Of a DNA stretch of 64,000 nt, positions 1 to 12,508 are shown in pieces (position 1 is the stretch's first letter; the number at the start of each line of letters is the position of its first letter). Made by a program: the position numbers and the translations under genes. The DNA is from Podarcis filfolensis (lineage: Eukaryota): the NCBI GenBank assembly GCA_964270895.1, contig OZ185436.1; one strand, written 5' to 3'. Under the pieces are notes generated by a model. The model was not told where the DNA came from and ran no database searches. It saw only the letters and a program-made list of their open reading frames with translations.

Positions 1-330
1 TAACTCGCCTCAACCGAGGCGGGTTTTGCTTGCACAACGGGAAGGGTGGGAAGTAAACACGTGGGAGGCTGAAATTCGTTAAAAAGGAGGAGAGGAAGCA
101 GCCTCGGATGCGGAGGAGTGCTTTCCTCCTTGCCGATTGGATCGAAAAGCGCCAGGCGCTCCCCTCCCGGAGCTGGGGCTGGGGGCTCCTTCCCCTTTCT
201 TGCCCCGCCCCCTGCCTTGGCGACGGGACGTCCTGTACCTCCGACGGACGTGGCTCCACACGGTCGACGCCCGCCCAGCCTTGTCTTGGAAATCTCCAAA
301 GAAGGGCATTTCGCTAGCTCACAAAGGCCG
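1..330. promoter_or_regulatory. CpG-rich promoter-like segment, truncated by the window edge; the gene it serves is not in the window
   Basis: High CpG density; GTAAACA (53-59) overlapping E-box CACGTG (58-63); ATTGG/CCAAT (136-140); GC box CCCCGCCCCC (203-212). Confidence 0.5.
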
Positions 331-2099
331 TTGTTGTTCCATTGTTGAAATGCCCTTGTCCTGACGAAGTTCTTCCTAATCTTGACTCAGAATCTAGCTT
401 CCTGTCTTTTGGAAACGGTGATAAAAACCATTGTGTTTCTTCCCCCCCACCCCACCCCTGATCTATCCAACCAGGATGGAAGAGGAAGAGCCTTTTTATT
501 TTTCCTTTTTGCTTCTTTGGAGAGTGCCTCGTGGTGTTGCTTCTCTTTTCCTTAACTGTACCTTTATACGTGGTGATTGTGGGCTGCCCCTGCTGTAAGG
601 GAAAGTGGAGGGTGAAGTGAGGTTAGGAAGAGGAGGAGGAAGAGGCTGGCGCTGGCTGGGTCATTTGAACACATCTCTCTACCTCGGCGCTTAGCAACTC
701 CGCTTCCTTCCCAGTGACAGCTCCGCCTCTCCGATCGGGAACAGTATGTGGGGTGGAAGGCTGTCTGCCTAATTCTGGAATCATTTACACTGACTTCAGA
801 TCTGCCAACTGCGGCTGCAAAAGGACGGGGAGGGGGGGCGCTGTGGGAGAGAAGAGAAAAAGATGAAGGCCCCTTTGCTATTCTTGCTTTGTAATTTACA
901 CAAAGGGGGGAACAGCTCCCTTTTATAGCTGAGTGAAGAGTACTTGAACCTCTAAGGTAGTGGCTAACCAGGCTATGACCCTCCTGTGCTTGTTTGACTC
1001 CAACTCCCAACAGCACCCAGCCACCATGGTCAGTGGTCAGGGATGAGGGGAGCTGTAGTTGCCTACTTCTGCTCTAGAGGAGTGCTGTGGGTGGGGGGGG
1101 GGTAGGGAATAGCATGGTGTTTTCACTCACAAAGGTTTCTCAACGAAAAGAAGTTATGATCCTGTCACCTCCTCTTCCATTGAGCATTGTTAAGTAGGAA
1201 TTTTGGTTTCAGATTGCCATTTTTAAAGGGGGTTCCAAAATTTGATGAGCTTCAAAAAGGCACAGGTGTAGGGACACTTGAGGACTGTAGGTCCAATGAT
1301 TTAGGCTGTCAATGTTCATGGAGCTACCTCATTCACTGCAAGTACAGGTAAAGAAGCTCTAAGGCATCCTCTGCATTCCAAAGCAGCTTCAGGAGGAGAT
1401 GCTTTGCAATGTGAATGGCAGGGAGTATTTAATCCTTTTGCTGTCCACTGTCTTCCCCCCTGCCCCTCAAGTAAACCCCAACAACTTCTCACCTAGCTGA
1501 TTTTACTTCTGCCAGAGTTCTTACCTGGTATCTACCTCACATGAGTACACATGTTTCAAATTGCAACTAAACGAAAATACCCCAGTTTGCAAGGATGCCA
1601 CCCCAAAAAACACACTTTGCTCAAGGAACAGAGCAGGTCAAGCTATTAGTTCCACTGTAGTTAATGGGAGAGAAACAGCTGAGTTCAACAGAATTGGGTT
1701 TAGATGAGCTGAACTCCTTGCAAACAATTGTCTGAGATTGGGTGAGGGGGGGATTGATCCCAATTCTAAGAACCATGTCCCAGCTACATTTTCTGCAGTG
1801 CTTTGCATGAGACTGGTGAGTGCAGTTTGTTATCTTGGGAACAGTTGCCATAGAAACAGGCGGAGGTGGATGGATTTTTTCCCCCAGCCAGCAGGAAAAG
1901 GGGGCATTTTAGGGTAAAATCCCTTCAAATATTTTAACTGCGGAGACTCAGCAGAACCAAACTCTCAGTCCTAGAGAGGAGGTCCAACACTGGGTGTTTG
2001 GTCTCCTGGAGAAGCACAATGCATCCACAGCAGGAGCAAAAATAGGAAAGGGAGTTGCCTGCAAACGGGCTCACGGCAATCTTTGTGTTCCATCAGTCA

Positions 2100-3780
2100 T
2101 TGTTATTCATTCCCTATAGACTTATTCCCACTCCCTGGACAGCCATAATATCACACCTGCACTAGCCTTAATACTTGATGGGGTAAAATATATGAAGCTG
2201 CTTTGTACTGATGCAGACTAGTAGGACTGATATTGTCTACCCTGACTGGAAGTTCTCTATGGCCTTAGACAGGGACATGTCCCCCCTCCTTCCCAAGCCT
2301 TGTTCTTCTCTTTTTGATCTCAGTTCTACAAATGATGTCAAGTATGCATTGAACTGGTCATTTTTTCCAACAAATGTTGCTACTCAGGCAAAAGGCTCTT
2401 GTGTCAGCTAATAGACACCAAGTTAAAACACAAATAAAATTCAACGTAAATAACACACAAGAATCACAAAACCTTGACAGCAATAAAAGGAAGTCAAAGA
2501 AGTAGCAATGGACCATTTATCCAATGGGCGATTCATCCAAATGTCATCCTCTTAAATGGTTTAAATTGGCTCAGTCAACTGACCAAGTAAGTTTCTTTAG
2601 GCAAATCATTCCCCAATGAGGTTTCTACTATCAGGGAATGGGCCCTGCTCCTCATTGCCCTAAGCCTTCTTTTTGAAGGGAACAGTACCTCCTCAGAAGG
2701 TCTCAAAATGATGGTGAGAAATGCTGGAGATCACGGATAGCCTATGAACTCATGAGATGAAAAGAGGGCAGCATCTAGCAGTGAATCCTGAGAAGAATAG
2801 CCAAGTGTGATATTGCATTAACTACTTGCTCCTAATTCTAGAGGAAACTATCCTTCAGCTCTCGTACATGAACCTAACCAGGACCAGTCTAACAGGTGAA
2901 AGCTAGAGCTAAAATAAAATTGTCCTAATAAACTGTCCCAAGAAGCAATTTGGTGTGTTTTGATTTCCGCTATATATTTGATATCTAATACTGGATGTCA
3001 GGGTTTGACAATATAGTTGATTCCAACTATTGGACACATTGTAGAAGACTGCTTAATATTTCACTTTCACTAAAATAGTCTATATGACATTATCAGTGGT
3101 ATCTGATATATATAAATCTATATATGATATAGATCTATATATGATATCTATGTAAAATTTTTGTATAATTTTCTCCACTATTAAGATATCTATTTATATG
3201 TTCATCATTTGATAGCTGATAGTCAACATCAGTTGACAATTATCTACATACGTTCATATTTAAAATCTACATTCCAAAGGAGTTCAGTTAATTATCTGCA
3301 ATATTGCAATCATTATTTTTTTTATTTGTTCTTGACAAGAATTGTTTACTAAGATACGTTTTCTACAAGGTTCATGAATTCATAAAGGCAAATGACTGAT
3401 CAACAAAACAAAGAGAGGAATAAAAGAAAATTTGTCCTTCTTAGTGGGCGCTATAAAGTCCCAATATGATATAATTGCCCCTTAAGTTGCTATTCTCCCA
3501 GGCAGTTCCATGCAGATAGCATACTTTTTCTGTTCAAAATATATAGTTCACTATGGAGAAAAAAATTATCTGAACTTCTTTGGTAGGAAGGGTGGCATAT
3601 GAATTTAATAAACAATTAAATAGATACTTTAATGACCTGGGTTGGAGTGCTGCAACAGCTTTCTCTTTAACAAGACACCTGGGGATAGTAACATGTGCAA
3701 AAATGAGACAAGCTCTTGACACAGTACACTTAGAAACTAAAACTGCCTGAAAATGGAATAAGTACAAGTCTCACTCAAAA
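2100..3780. mobile_element. Highly degraded non-LTR retrotransposon (L1-like) remnants
   Basis: + strand ggccttagacagggacat (~2260) reads GLRQG, like the RT GxRQGCPLSP motif; the AT-rich 2900-3780 part has weak L1 ORF2-like traces on - strand; many stops and frameshifts. Confidence 0.3.
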
Positions 3781-6509
3781 GCCCTAGGACACAAGACACA
3801 TTCCCTCAGAAATAATTTGTGGATAGGGACAGAGCCACAACTGAGCAGCCCCTTTTATTTCTGTCACCCCTTTGTCATGCGCCTGAGGTCTGAAGTGTTC
3901 ACTTGCAAAGGGCATTTGAAATTAGGCTGTGGGCCACAGGTTGCCCATCCCTGCCCTATGAAGAACAATGTGCTGTCAACATAGCAGTGGTAATTGTGAA
4001 AGAGGGCCAGCCCAAGACATTTTTGTACCTGAGGTGAACCACAAAATGGCACCCTGCTCCCCACCAGGGTAGAAATTGGGAGTGAACATCGATATCAGGA
4101 ACAAAGGGAGAATAAAGATCTACATCAGATTCCGCTGCCCCTGTGGATCCTGCCGCTTGATGCGGTCCCCTCACCTTGCCTCATGGGTGGGTTGGCCCTG
4201 TTTGGAAACAAGCTACTTCTTAACTGAATGCACCAAATGTGGAAAAGCCTATCTTTTTATTGTCGCAGCCATAGGTGTAAACATGATGGCAAAGCATAGA
4301 AAAGGCTACACCTCTCTTTACCACAGATGGGGTGATACATGCAAGCTCTTCCACATCCATAGCCAAAGGGTTTACCATTTATTGATTAGATTGCCACTTA
4401 CAAAATAGCCTATTAAATGTCTGACAACAACCATTTATAGAGACTGCTCAACAGTTGAAAGCTCTTACAATCTGCCACACTTTAAATGTTAAGGCAGAAT
4501 ACTGCAGTTAGAATCCCAATGCTAAAACTGGAAATCTGGAGAGTTCAAAATGTCCCCCAGATCCTAAATCTGCTTTATTCCAAGCCCAGCCAATGGCCTC
4601 CCCCCCCCCCAACTGTTCACTGCTGGCCTGGCAATATGGCTCCCATGAAGGTATTTCAAAACCGAGCTCCCCTTCCCTTGACTCTCAATTAAACTGGGCC
4701 TATGCTACCCTCTTATCCCTGCAGCAACCTGATGTCCTGCTTCTTTTCCTGGGATGAACTGTGGGAGGCTTCTTTTCAGGGTGAGCAGCGCTCTTAACTG
4801 TTGCTAGGAAACAGCTCCTCACTCCGCACAACACGTGGCTGATGGCAGCAGCTTTTTTGGATACTCCCTCCTTTCTCTCGATTCTAGCCATGACCTGTGC
4901 AGTTAAGAAGCTAGCAGCAAACCTGATTTTTTAACTGGGTTGTGGTGGAGTTGCAGTCGCAAGTGTTGTGTGCCAAAGTCCAGGGCTTTATGAGACTGTG
5001 TTACCCTACAGTATGGCACATCTGCAGGCTCCCAAAGTCTTGGGGCTTGTGCACACTTCGAGGAAGCTGGGGTCCATCCAAGCAGTTTTCTGTTTGCATT
5101 GCCGCTTTCCCCATTAAAATCCGCTCTTTGGTGCTGAATTGGAGCAAATGACATACCACAGAAAACCTGATTGACATTTGCTCCGACTGAGTGGTAAAAA
5201 TCGAGTTTCCCTGTGGGAAAATGGTGGGACACGTAGAAGTCTGGATAAGCCCTTAGTGTGATCTTCCCTCAGTGTCAGTGTTTCTCAAACAGTAGGCCAG
5301 GGCCAAGTGGAGATCTGCCCACTTCCAGGTAGGCCTCAGTGCCACCATCTACTCAGTGCCTCCCTCACTTGCCCACACCGCCCCTTCCCTGTGGTGTAAT
5401 ATTTTGGCTGAAGACCTGGAGCAATATCCGCACCAGCAGTTCCCCACATACTGTGTAGAGGTGAGGAAGGGAGGGCCCCTCTTTTAAGGGGTGAAGGCCA
5501 GAGATGTTGTCGAACGAAATTAGAGAGATAAAAGGTAAATCTTTGTTTAAGAATAATATGAAATGGGGGGGGTAGAAAGAAAGGGGACATAAGAAACTGT
5601 TATGAGGGAAGAAGTGAATGTAAAAGGACAGGGAATGAAATAGTGGCAGCTTGGGTGGCAGATAAAGTACAAGTGTGACAGGGAAGAAATTGCAGGTGAA
5701 TAAATAATGTACACATTATTCCAAATATGCTCACACCATAGATTTGTATAACGGCATTATGATACTGGCAATTTTATTTTCGATTCTGATATGATGCAGG
5801 GTCTAACATAACTAAAGTATGCTAGTATAACCAGAGAAATGTTCAGTAGATTTTTGCTGAAGAATGGGCATCCGCAAATGGCCTGTTCCAGTAGGAATAC
5901 AATGTTCCATGCACAACGCTGAGTAAGTCCCAGTTCCTACCCACACACAGGAAGTGCCATTCTGGGTCACATTCCACAGGGGGCAACAGCCACAGCACAA
6001 CAGAGCTGACTCACGACATGTAACTATTTGCTCTCTCAGAGTCTATCCCATGATGCAAGTGAAGATTACTGGACAACTCAGTGATGGCAAGGAGTGTTCA
6101 TTCTTCTGTAGCAAAGGGAGCAGTCAAGTAGGTACATCAGGACCCTTAGCAACTGAGAACACTTGACATCTATTTCTTGCATCACACAGCTCCCCACGCC
6201 CAACATGGCTGCTGACTTTGCCCGGTACGCTGCATGTAACCACTTGGTAAGCTGCTTGCCAATGCTGCCTTGCTAGGTGGCAAGGGATTATTTTTTTTAT
6301 CACACCCATGTTGTCCAGACACCTTGGGCAGCAGGGAGGTGGTAACATTCTCAGCACCAGAAAGCAGGACATTAGCAAGATTTCAGATTGGTGTCCAAGG
6401 TGCCCTGGGGTGAGCTCTCTCAGACTGGGACAATGTGGCCACCTGGGTGATGTGGCAGCATGCTTGCCTAGGCACATCCTGTGGGTCTGCCAAGTGGTCA
6501 TGCCATTTT

Positions 6510-6673
6510 GAGGATGCAGCTCAGTGGAAGAGCATCTGCTGTGCATGCAGAAAGCCCCAGGCTCAATTCCTCGCATCCTGAGGGACTGTCCCTCATCTAA
6601 AAGCCCAGAGAGCCACTGCCTGTCAACACTGAGCACCAATGGCCTGACTCAAGTTTCAAGCCAGCTTCCTATG
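6510..6673 (+). mobile_element. tRNA-derived SINE (Squam2-like)
   Basis: A box gcagctcagtggaagagca, B box ggctcaattcc, body gagagccactgcctgtca, tail cagcttcctatgt; related heads at 16.7, 34.0 and 63.9 kb. Confidence 0.7.
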
Positions 6674-7949
6674 TGTGTCCACTGTCTCCCTTCCTCGCCA
6701 TTTCCTTTAGGGCGATCCATACCCAAGTCCCAATACCCTTGCTTTGCCCCTACCCTGTGGTGAGGTGACAAGGTTATCTGTCCACTTACATTTCCCTGAC
6801 AGGACTCCTCACAGCTCCCCTTCCCCAGGCTTTGCCAGGCTGGCACGACACTTTTCATTAACTACTACTGAGTGGCAGCTTCGTGTGTTTCTCCCGGCTC
6901 TGTCACCATGACAGCAGCACAGAGAGGCCTGCAGGCTGCATTATTGCTTCCATGGTGTGTGCGCGCCCCCCGCACCCCACCCTGCTTGCTTCTCTGCAGT
7001 CAGGAATGACAACTGTCAGCTCTGCAGAGAGCACATGGCTGAGGGGAGGAGGCATTGCTGACCAGCCCCAGGCTCTTCCACAGGACTCCTTGCAAATCCT
7101 CCAGTAACAATGACCCAGGCACTATTGCCAGCCCTCTCTGGTCCATGGGGTGAAAGGGCCTAGCATAAAACACAGCCGGCACCATAAATGAAGAACAGAG
7201 CACCCAGGGAGTGTGGTGCAGTGACCCTTCCAAACAGCTATTTGGGTCTTTACAAACAAAACATTAAAAAACCTCTGCGCTTGATGGTGTGCAAGTGGTT
7301 AAAGGCCAGACTCTGCCGTGCTGGCAGGTTGGGTGTTTGTAAGGGGTGATGAGAGACTTTACAACCCCTAGTTAGTAAATATCCCTCACACCTCCCAGGC
7401 GATCTGCAGGGAGGTTAGACAATGGGCAGAAATGGTGGCTGAAAACCACAAAGCAAGGGTTATTGAAATTCCTGACTTGTTCTTTATAGCAATAAGTCAC
7501 CATCTTTGTGGGGAGCGGATCTGTTGCACAAGACCTCCATGTATGACCTGGGATTTGTGCCAGTACAGTGTGTGATTATCCCACCGCAAAAACCGGCAGC
7601 AGTCGGGAAGCACCCTCTCCTGAACAAGGTGTCGGATTGCTGGCCAAGCCATGCCACATCCCACTGGAGGCCTCCCTTTGCTACACCCACCCCTCCTTTC
7701 ATACCCACCCTTCACATTTGAGTTAAGAAGGAGAGGGGGCCAGGTAGGGGAAGGGCAAATTTGGGCACGGGCTTGCCATTGTTAGCCCTTATCTTGCACC
7801 ATTTCGACATGAGATTCACTTAACTGGTCGACACCTGCACTGGGCATTCCAGAAGAGGAAGGAAAGGCCATGCCACATTAAGAAGGCATCTGTCTATCTA
7901 CAGGGGCCTCCAGAACCCAGATCTAGAATAGCAGGGGATCTGCAGCATG

Positions 7950-9620
7950 TGCGTCTTCCCAGCACACACCTCAGCGCGGCACGTGCGGTTTTAGGTAACC
8001 CGGGGGTCTCCCCCAACCCAAGCCTTTTCTGCTTTCTTGAGGCTTTGCTGTGTTGCTGCTCACCAAGACAAGAACCTAGGAATAGATTTCCTCTTGCGTC
8101 TGTGTGCGTTAGGGTGGCGGAGGTGGGGGGAAGGAGGCTATGAATCAAGGCCTCGGTTCCAGGGACTATTCTTGGCTCGGGAAGCGAGGAGGGAGAGATC
8201 ACGGATTTCTCTTCGGGGGGGGGGGCTGGGAGGGCCTCGGAGGTGCTTTTGCCGGACTTTCCCTGCTGCCTGGCGTTCTCCCCACCTCTGCGCCCCCCGC
8301 TTTGGCCCTGACGTGCCGAGGCTACAGTCGTGACGTCGGGAGGAGAGGGAGAAGCCCGCCCGGATCGGAAAGGACAGCGAGGGAGCCAAGCGAATCCCGG
8401 CAGGAAATTCCAACGAGGAGCAAAAAAAGAAAAAGAAAAAAGCAAGCAAGCAAAGGAGCCCCCAAGATCAGCGAGCCCCAGGCGCTGCCGCCACTGCTGT
8501 TTGACGCCTCCCGGCGACCCCCACCGCACCCCACTCCGGACGGCCTTGGAGTCCCGGGGTTTCTCCTAGGAAAGACCCGCGCGCCGTCCCCACGAGGCTG
8601 CAGGCCCCCCGAAGTGGGCAGGAAGAGGCTGGCGAGGGCCGCCGCCGCCGGAGGGAGGAGCCAGAGGGCGGGGCCGGCAGAGCAAGCAAGCGAGGGAGCG
8701 AGCGAGGCAGGAGCTGGAGAGAGAAGAAAGAAGAAAGGAAGAGACGCGCGAGCGCTTGCGGCGGCGGAGGAGACAAAGGGAGAGCCCGGCACCGCCCGCG
8801 TGGAGCTGCCGCGTCGGGCAATGGGCAAGGCGAGAGGAAGCCCACACGCCTGACGCCGCGCTCTCCTGGTCGCGCCTGTCCCAGCCCCAGCCCCGCTCCA
8901 CGCCACACCGAAGCCGAAGGGATGGCTCTGCCGGCTTCCCGAGATGGGGCTCCTGCGGGCGATCCCTGATCTCGGCGCTGGAAGTGACGGTGAGGACGAC
9001 AAAGGCGAGAGACCCTATGGGAGTCACCGGGGGCCCATCGAGGCGAGGAGGCGGCGGCAGCACCAGCACCAGCCACCTGCCAAGCGAGGCTCCTCTGCGC
9101 TTAGCTGCCTGTCTCCTGCTCTCTTCTCCCCACCCCTCAGCTGCCCACAACTGGTGGAAGGGGCCCGGCCGGCCGCCCCTCTCCCCACGTGCAGCTGCCC
9201 CTTAAGGCGCCAGCAGACAGGACTGATGGTCTGCTCGTCCCCAAGCGAGCGGGGCGACCCCAGGGAAGACCCTCCGGGGTTGCAGCTTCGGCGCCTCCTG
9301 TTGCTTGGGCACCTGGGGACTTGGCATAGCTGGGGAACGTGGCGGCGTCACCCGGCGCTGGCAATGGACTTGCTAGGAGGCGGTTGGCAGGTTGGGGAAA
9401 GAACGCGGGGGGGGGGCAGGAGAGAAGTCCTGCGCGCTCTCGCCTGCCTTGGTTGAGCGCGCACCCACATCTGCGTTGTGGGGTGTGCGTGTGTGCGCTT
9501 GGCTTGTGTGCACGCGCGCGCAAAAGCCGCCTCTTCGCAACGCCAGCTTGGTAGGTGCATTCAGCTCAGGATCGGTGCCTCTCCTGTTGGCTGGAACCGC
9601 TGTGTTTGCGGGGTAGGGTG
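7950..9620 (+). promoter_or_regulatory. PRR7: PRR7 CpG island/promoter and start of intron 1
   Basis: Very high GC and CpG content ~7 kb upstream of the PRR7 coding exon; TGACG CRE-like sites; purine-rich leader-like tract 8690-8760; donor ACG|GTGAGG at 8989/8990. Confidence 0.7.
8690..8989 (+). other. PRR7: Probable non-coding first exon of PRR7 (TSS approximate)
   Basis: Inside the CpG island; ends at donor ACG|GTGAGG; 5' boundary inferred only. Confidence 0.45.
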
Positions 9621-10544
9621 GATGATAATGGGCACTGCCACGGTAGAGACGCTATTCCGAGAGGTGGGAAGCATCTTAAGTTAGCTGTAAGCACCGGAGA
9701 TCATCATGCACCAAGACGGGGGAGAGTCGGAGGGCCTTGCATAGGCCCACTGGGTTTCCCCAAATGTAAGCAGCGTCAGAAGGTTGCTTTAGTGGACAGG
9801 GTTAATCGGCCTTCTAGAAACCCCCCCCCAGATAAATGGCCCCCCTCCCCATCCTTCAAGAGAAGGAGGCACCATAGCTCAGTTGAGAGATCAGGCCATG
9901 GTCCTTGTTCCCCAGTTATTCTTGCTCTGATACTAATTTCTGTGCCCCAGCAAAACACTTGGCCAAGGAACTTCAGCTACTGTCAGTCTGCGAAGGCAAC
10001 ACTGAGCCAGATCAGTGGTCTGATTTTAGTATAAGGCAGCTTCCTTTGGGTGACAGGCTAAAAATATGTCATTGTGTTAAACCTGACCTCCAGGGTTTAA
10101 TTTATGCCTGGGCTCAGCCCTGGAATTTGCTTTCTAGGCTGCATCTTGATCCTGGACCATAAGATGGAAAAGCAGGACACCATTAACCTTTGCAGGCTGC
10201 CTCACGTGGTCACGATCAGGAGTCAGGTCTTTTAGGGCAACTTATAAAGCTTATCAGGCAGGAGACAGCAGAAATTAAGTGCCCCTGGAAGCCATAGTGG
10301 TTCCTGGATGCCTACTTTAGGAGTGGATGGCTGTGTGCATGGCTGTGGATTGCCAGAGGGTCAGATGGACATGCTCAGTGGTCTGTTTGACTTCATGCTT
10401 TAATTTAAATTAAGCTTAGGAGCTTCTGTAGTGGCGGCTAGGTAGGAAAATGTCTTTGTAAGAAGTGCTTGCCTTGAATTTGAGGTGCCCTCTGTGCTAT
10501 CAGAGAAAATAATTGAGAGCTTGTTCAGTTTCCCATTCAGTGTG

Positions 10545-10545
10545 G

Positions 10546-10572
<27 letters not shown>
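10545..10572. repeat. (CA)n microsatellite
   Basis: Direct reading. Confidence 0.95.
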
Positions 10573-10576
<4 letters not shown>

Positions 10577-11507
10577 TGCCCAGGAATGTATGTAACCTAC
10601 TTGTGCACAAGGGCTGTTGGTGTCATCTGCATGGATGAGCAAAGCTGGTGTGCAAGAAGAAGCCACAGCCTGTAACAATCCTGGTAGGGACATATAACCT
10701 GTAAAGGTACCCTATCTTCAGAAGCCAACATGTGTCCTGAGCATATGTCTGAAGATGAATGGGGAAGGGAAGGCCTCATGCCCACAAATGGTGGATCTGA
10801 CATTGGAGAGGCAAGGAAGCCCAGTGCTCCAGAATCTCCAGAGGTTCCAGCTGCAAGCCAGAGCAGTCCCTGTTCTGGATGGATTGGCAGCCTGTGCTTT
10901 TAAGGTGGACTAGTCCTTTTGATGCAGTGCTCCTCCCTCCCTCCCAACCCCCACCCCTCCAGCAGCCGTAGCCAACACAGCACACCAGTCATCTCAGTGT
11001 CCCGTAGATGCCAGCCTTGCACGAGGCCAGATTCATGCTGTGGAGGAGTCCTTGCCAAGGTGCTGCTAAGTCTTTACTTTGACATTTATTGTCGTGATTT
11101 GAGGCTGGGATCTGCATTGCCCAGCACAGGCGTAGCTGTTCTCTCCTATTTGAGGAGGGGGGGAGGCACTGGAGTCTCAGGGAGCCGTGCACAGGCCCTG
11201 TTGCAATTCCCTCCCACATCACCAGTTGCAATGCTTTCTATGCAGAAACCCTCAATCACATACTGAGGTGCATGTATCCATACCCATCCTCATCTTATTA
11301 GGGACTTCTAAAAACACACCCAGCAAGGATATTTATAGGTAAAGATGAGCTACATTTGGAAGAACCATCCTGGCCTTCTCTGCTGGAATGGATGATTTTT
11401 ATTAAGTATCTTAAACAGGATGTTAAGGCTGCTGGTGGAGGCATTACCTTGAGAAGACCTTGGTACTGAGGACCGTGGGATCAGTAAGACAGGGTCAGGT
11501 TCACTTG

Positions 11508-11690
11508 GAACACAAGTAGATCCCTGCTGGATCAGACCAGAGGCCTATCTACTCTAGCTTCCTGTTCTCACAGTAGCCACCCAGTTGCTTTTGGGAAGCT
11601 CACAAGCCGGACATCAGAGCAATGCCCCTCTCCCGCTGTTACCTCCCAGCAGAGGCATATATTGGTCACTGGTTTATGGCCACCTGTAAC
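11508..11690 (+). mobile_element. CR1/LINE-derived 3' UTR-like repeat fragment
   Basis: ctgctggatcagaccagaggcctatctactctagcttcctgttctcacagtagccacccag matches a common squamate repeat 3' segment (from recall). Confidence 0.5.
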
Positions 11691-12334
11691 TGGAGCTTTT
11701 TGTCCTGCAGGTGTATGAATATTGCACTGGTCTCTGCTAGGATTATACTGTTCTCATGTACAGCAGAATATTCAGGGAAATCTAGGCAGCTCTGTGACCT
11801 CTTCCTTCTGGCCAGCAGCCAGCAATCTCACCGAGCACCAAGGTTGTCCCAGGTGGAGGTCTGGCACTGTGACCTTGTCTTTGTTACAGAGTTCTCTGTG
11901 CTCTGCATTTAGAAAGTGTCTGCAATTCTATACTTCTTCGGACGCAGGTTGTGTGTGTGTATGTGTTTTTGCACTCAGTTAATTCTAGGAAAGCTGAAGC
12001 TTTGTACAATTAGGCAAATCAAAGCAAGCACCCAGGTGAGCCAAAATTGGATAAGATGAGGTAGGCTCTCTCAGATGGCATATTTTGAGGTACCATCAAG
12101 GGGAACCAAATTGTCAGTGGTTTTCTTATTACCATTTTTCTTTTTTTAGATCTCCTGGGAGATTTTTTGGGTCATTTTGCATTATACTTTCTTCTAACCA
12201 ATGGGAAGGTGCAGAGAGCTATGCACAACCCTGTAAATCTTCTCCCTGGCAACTGAATATCCTGTTCATCTCCCACTGTGGCTTTTGAAATTTCACGGAT
12301 TCCCCCCCCCCCGTCTATTCATTGCATTTATTTC

Positions 12335-12508
12335 CCTGCTTTCCTTCGCGTTACTCAGAGCCACATACCTTGCCCCTCTGCTATTTTTTCTTCACAACAA
12401 CCCAGTGGGCTAGGCTAGGCTATAGGATAGTAACTGAACCAAGATGACTGAGTGTGGATTTGAACCCTGGTTTCTCTGGTCCTATCCCAGTACTCTAACC
12501 ACCTAACC
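12335..12508 (-). mobile_element. tRNA-head SINE (Squam3/CORE-like)
   Basis: Reverse strand ggttagagtactgg...ggttcaaatccacactcag (A/B boxes), then cacaacaaccc core shared with the 50.3-kb copy. Confidence 0.65.

Noticed and set aside
6510-6580. tRNA gene (also 16.7, 34.0, 50.5, 63.9 kb)
   Set aside because: A/B boxes are present but the acceptor stem is not, and each continues into a SINE body
7894-9523. Cluster of 130-240-aa ORFs on both strands
   Set aside because: CpG-island artefacts at the PRR7 promoter; no recognisable protein
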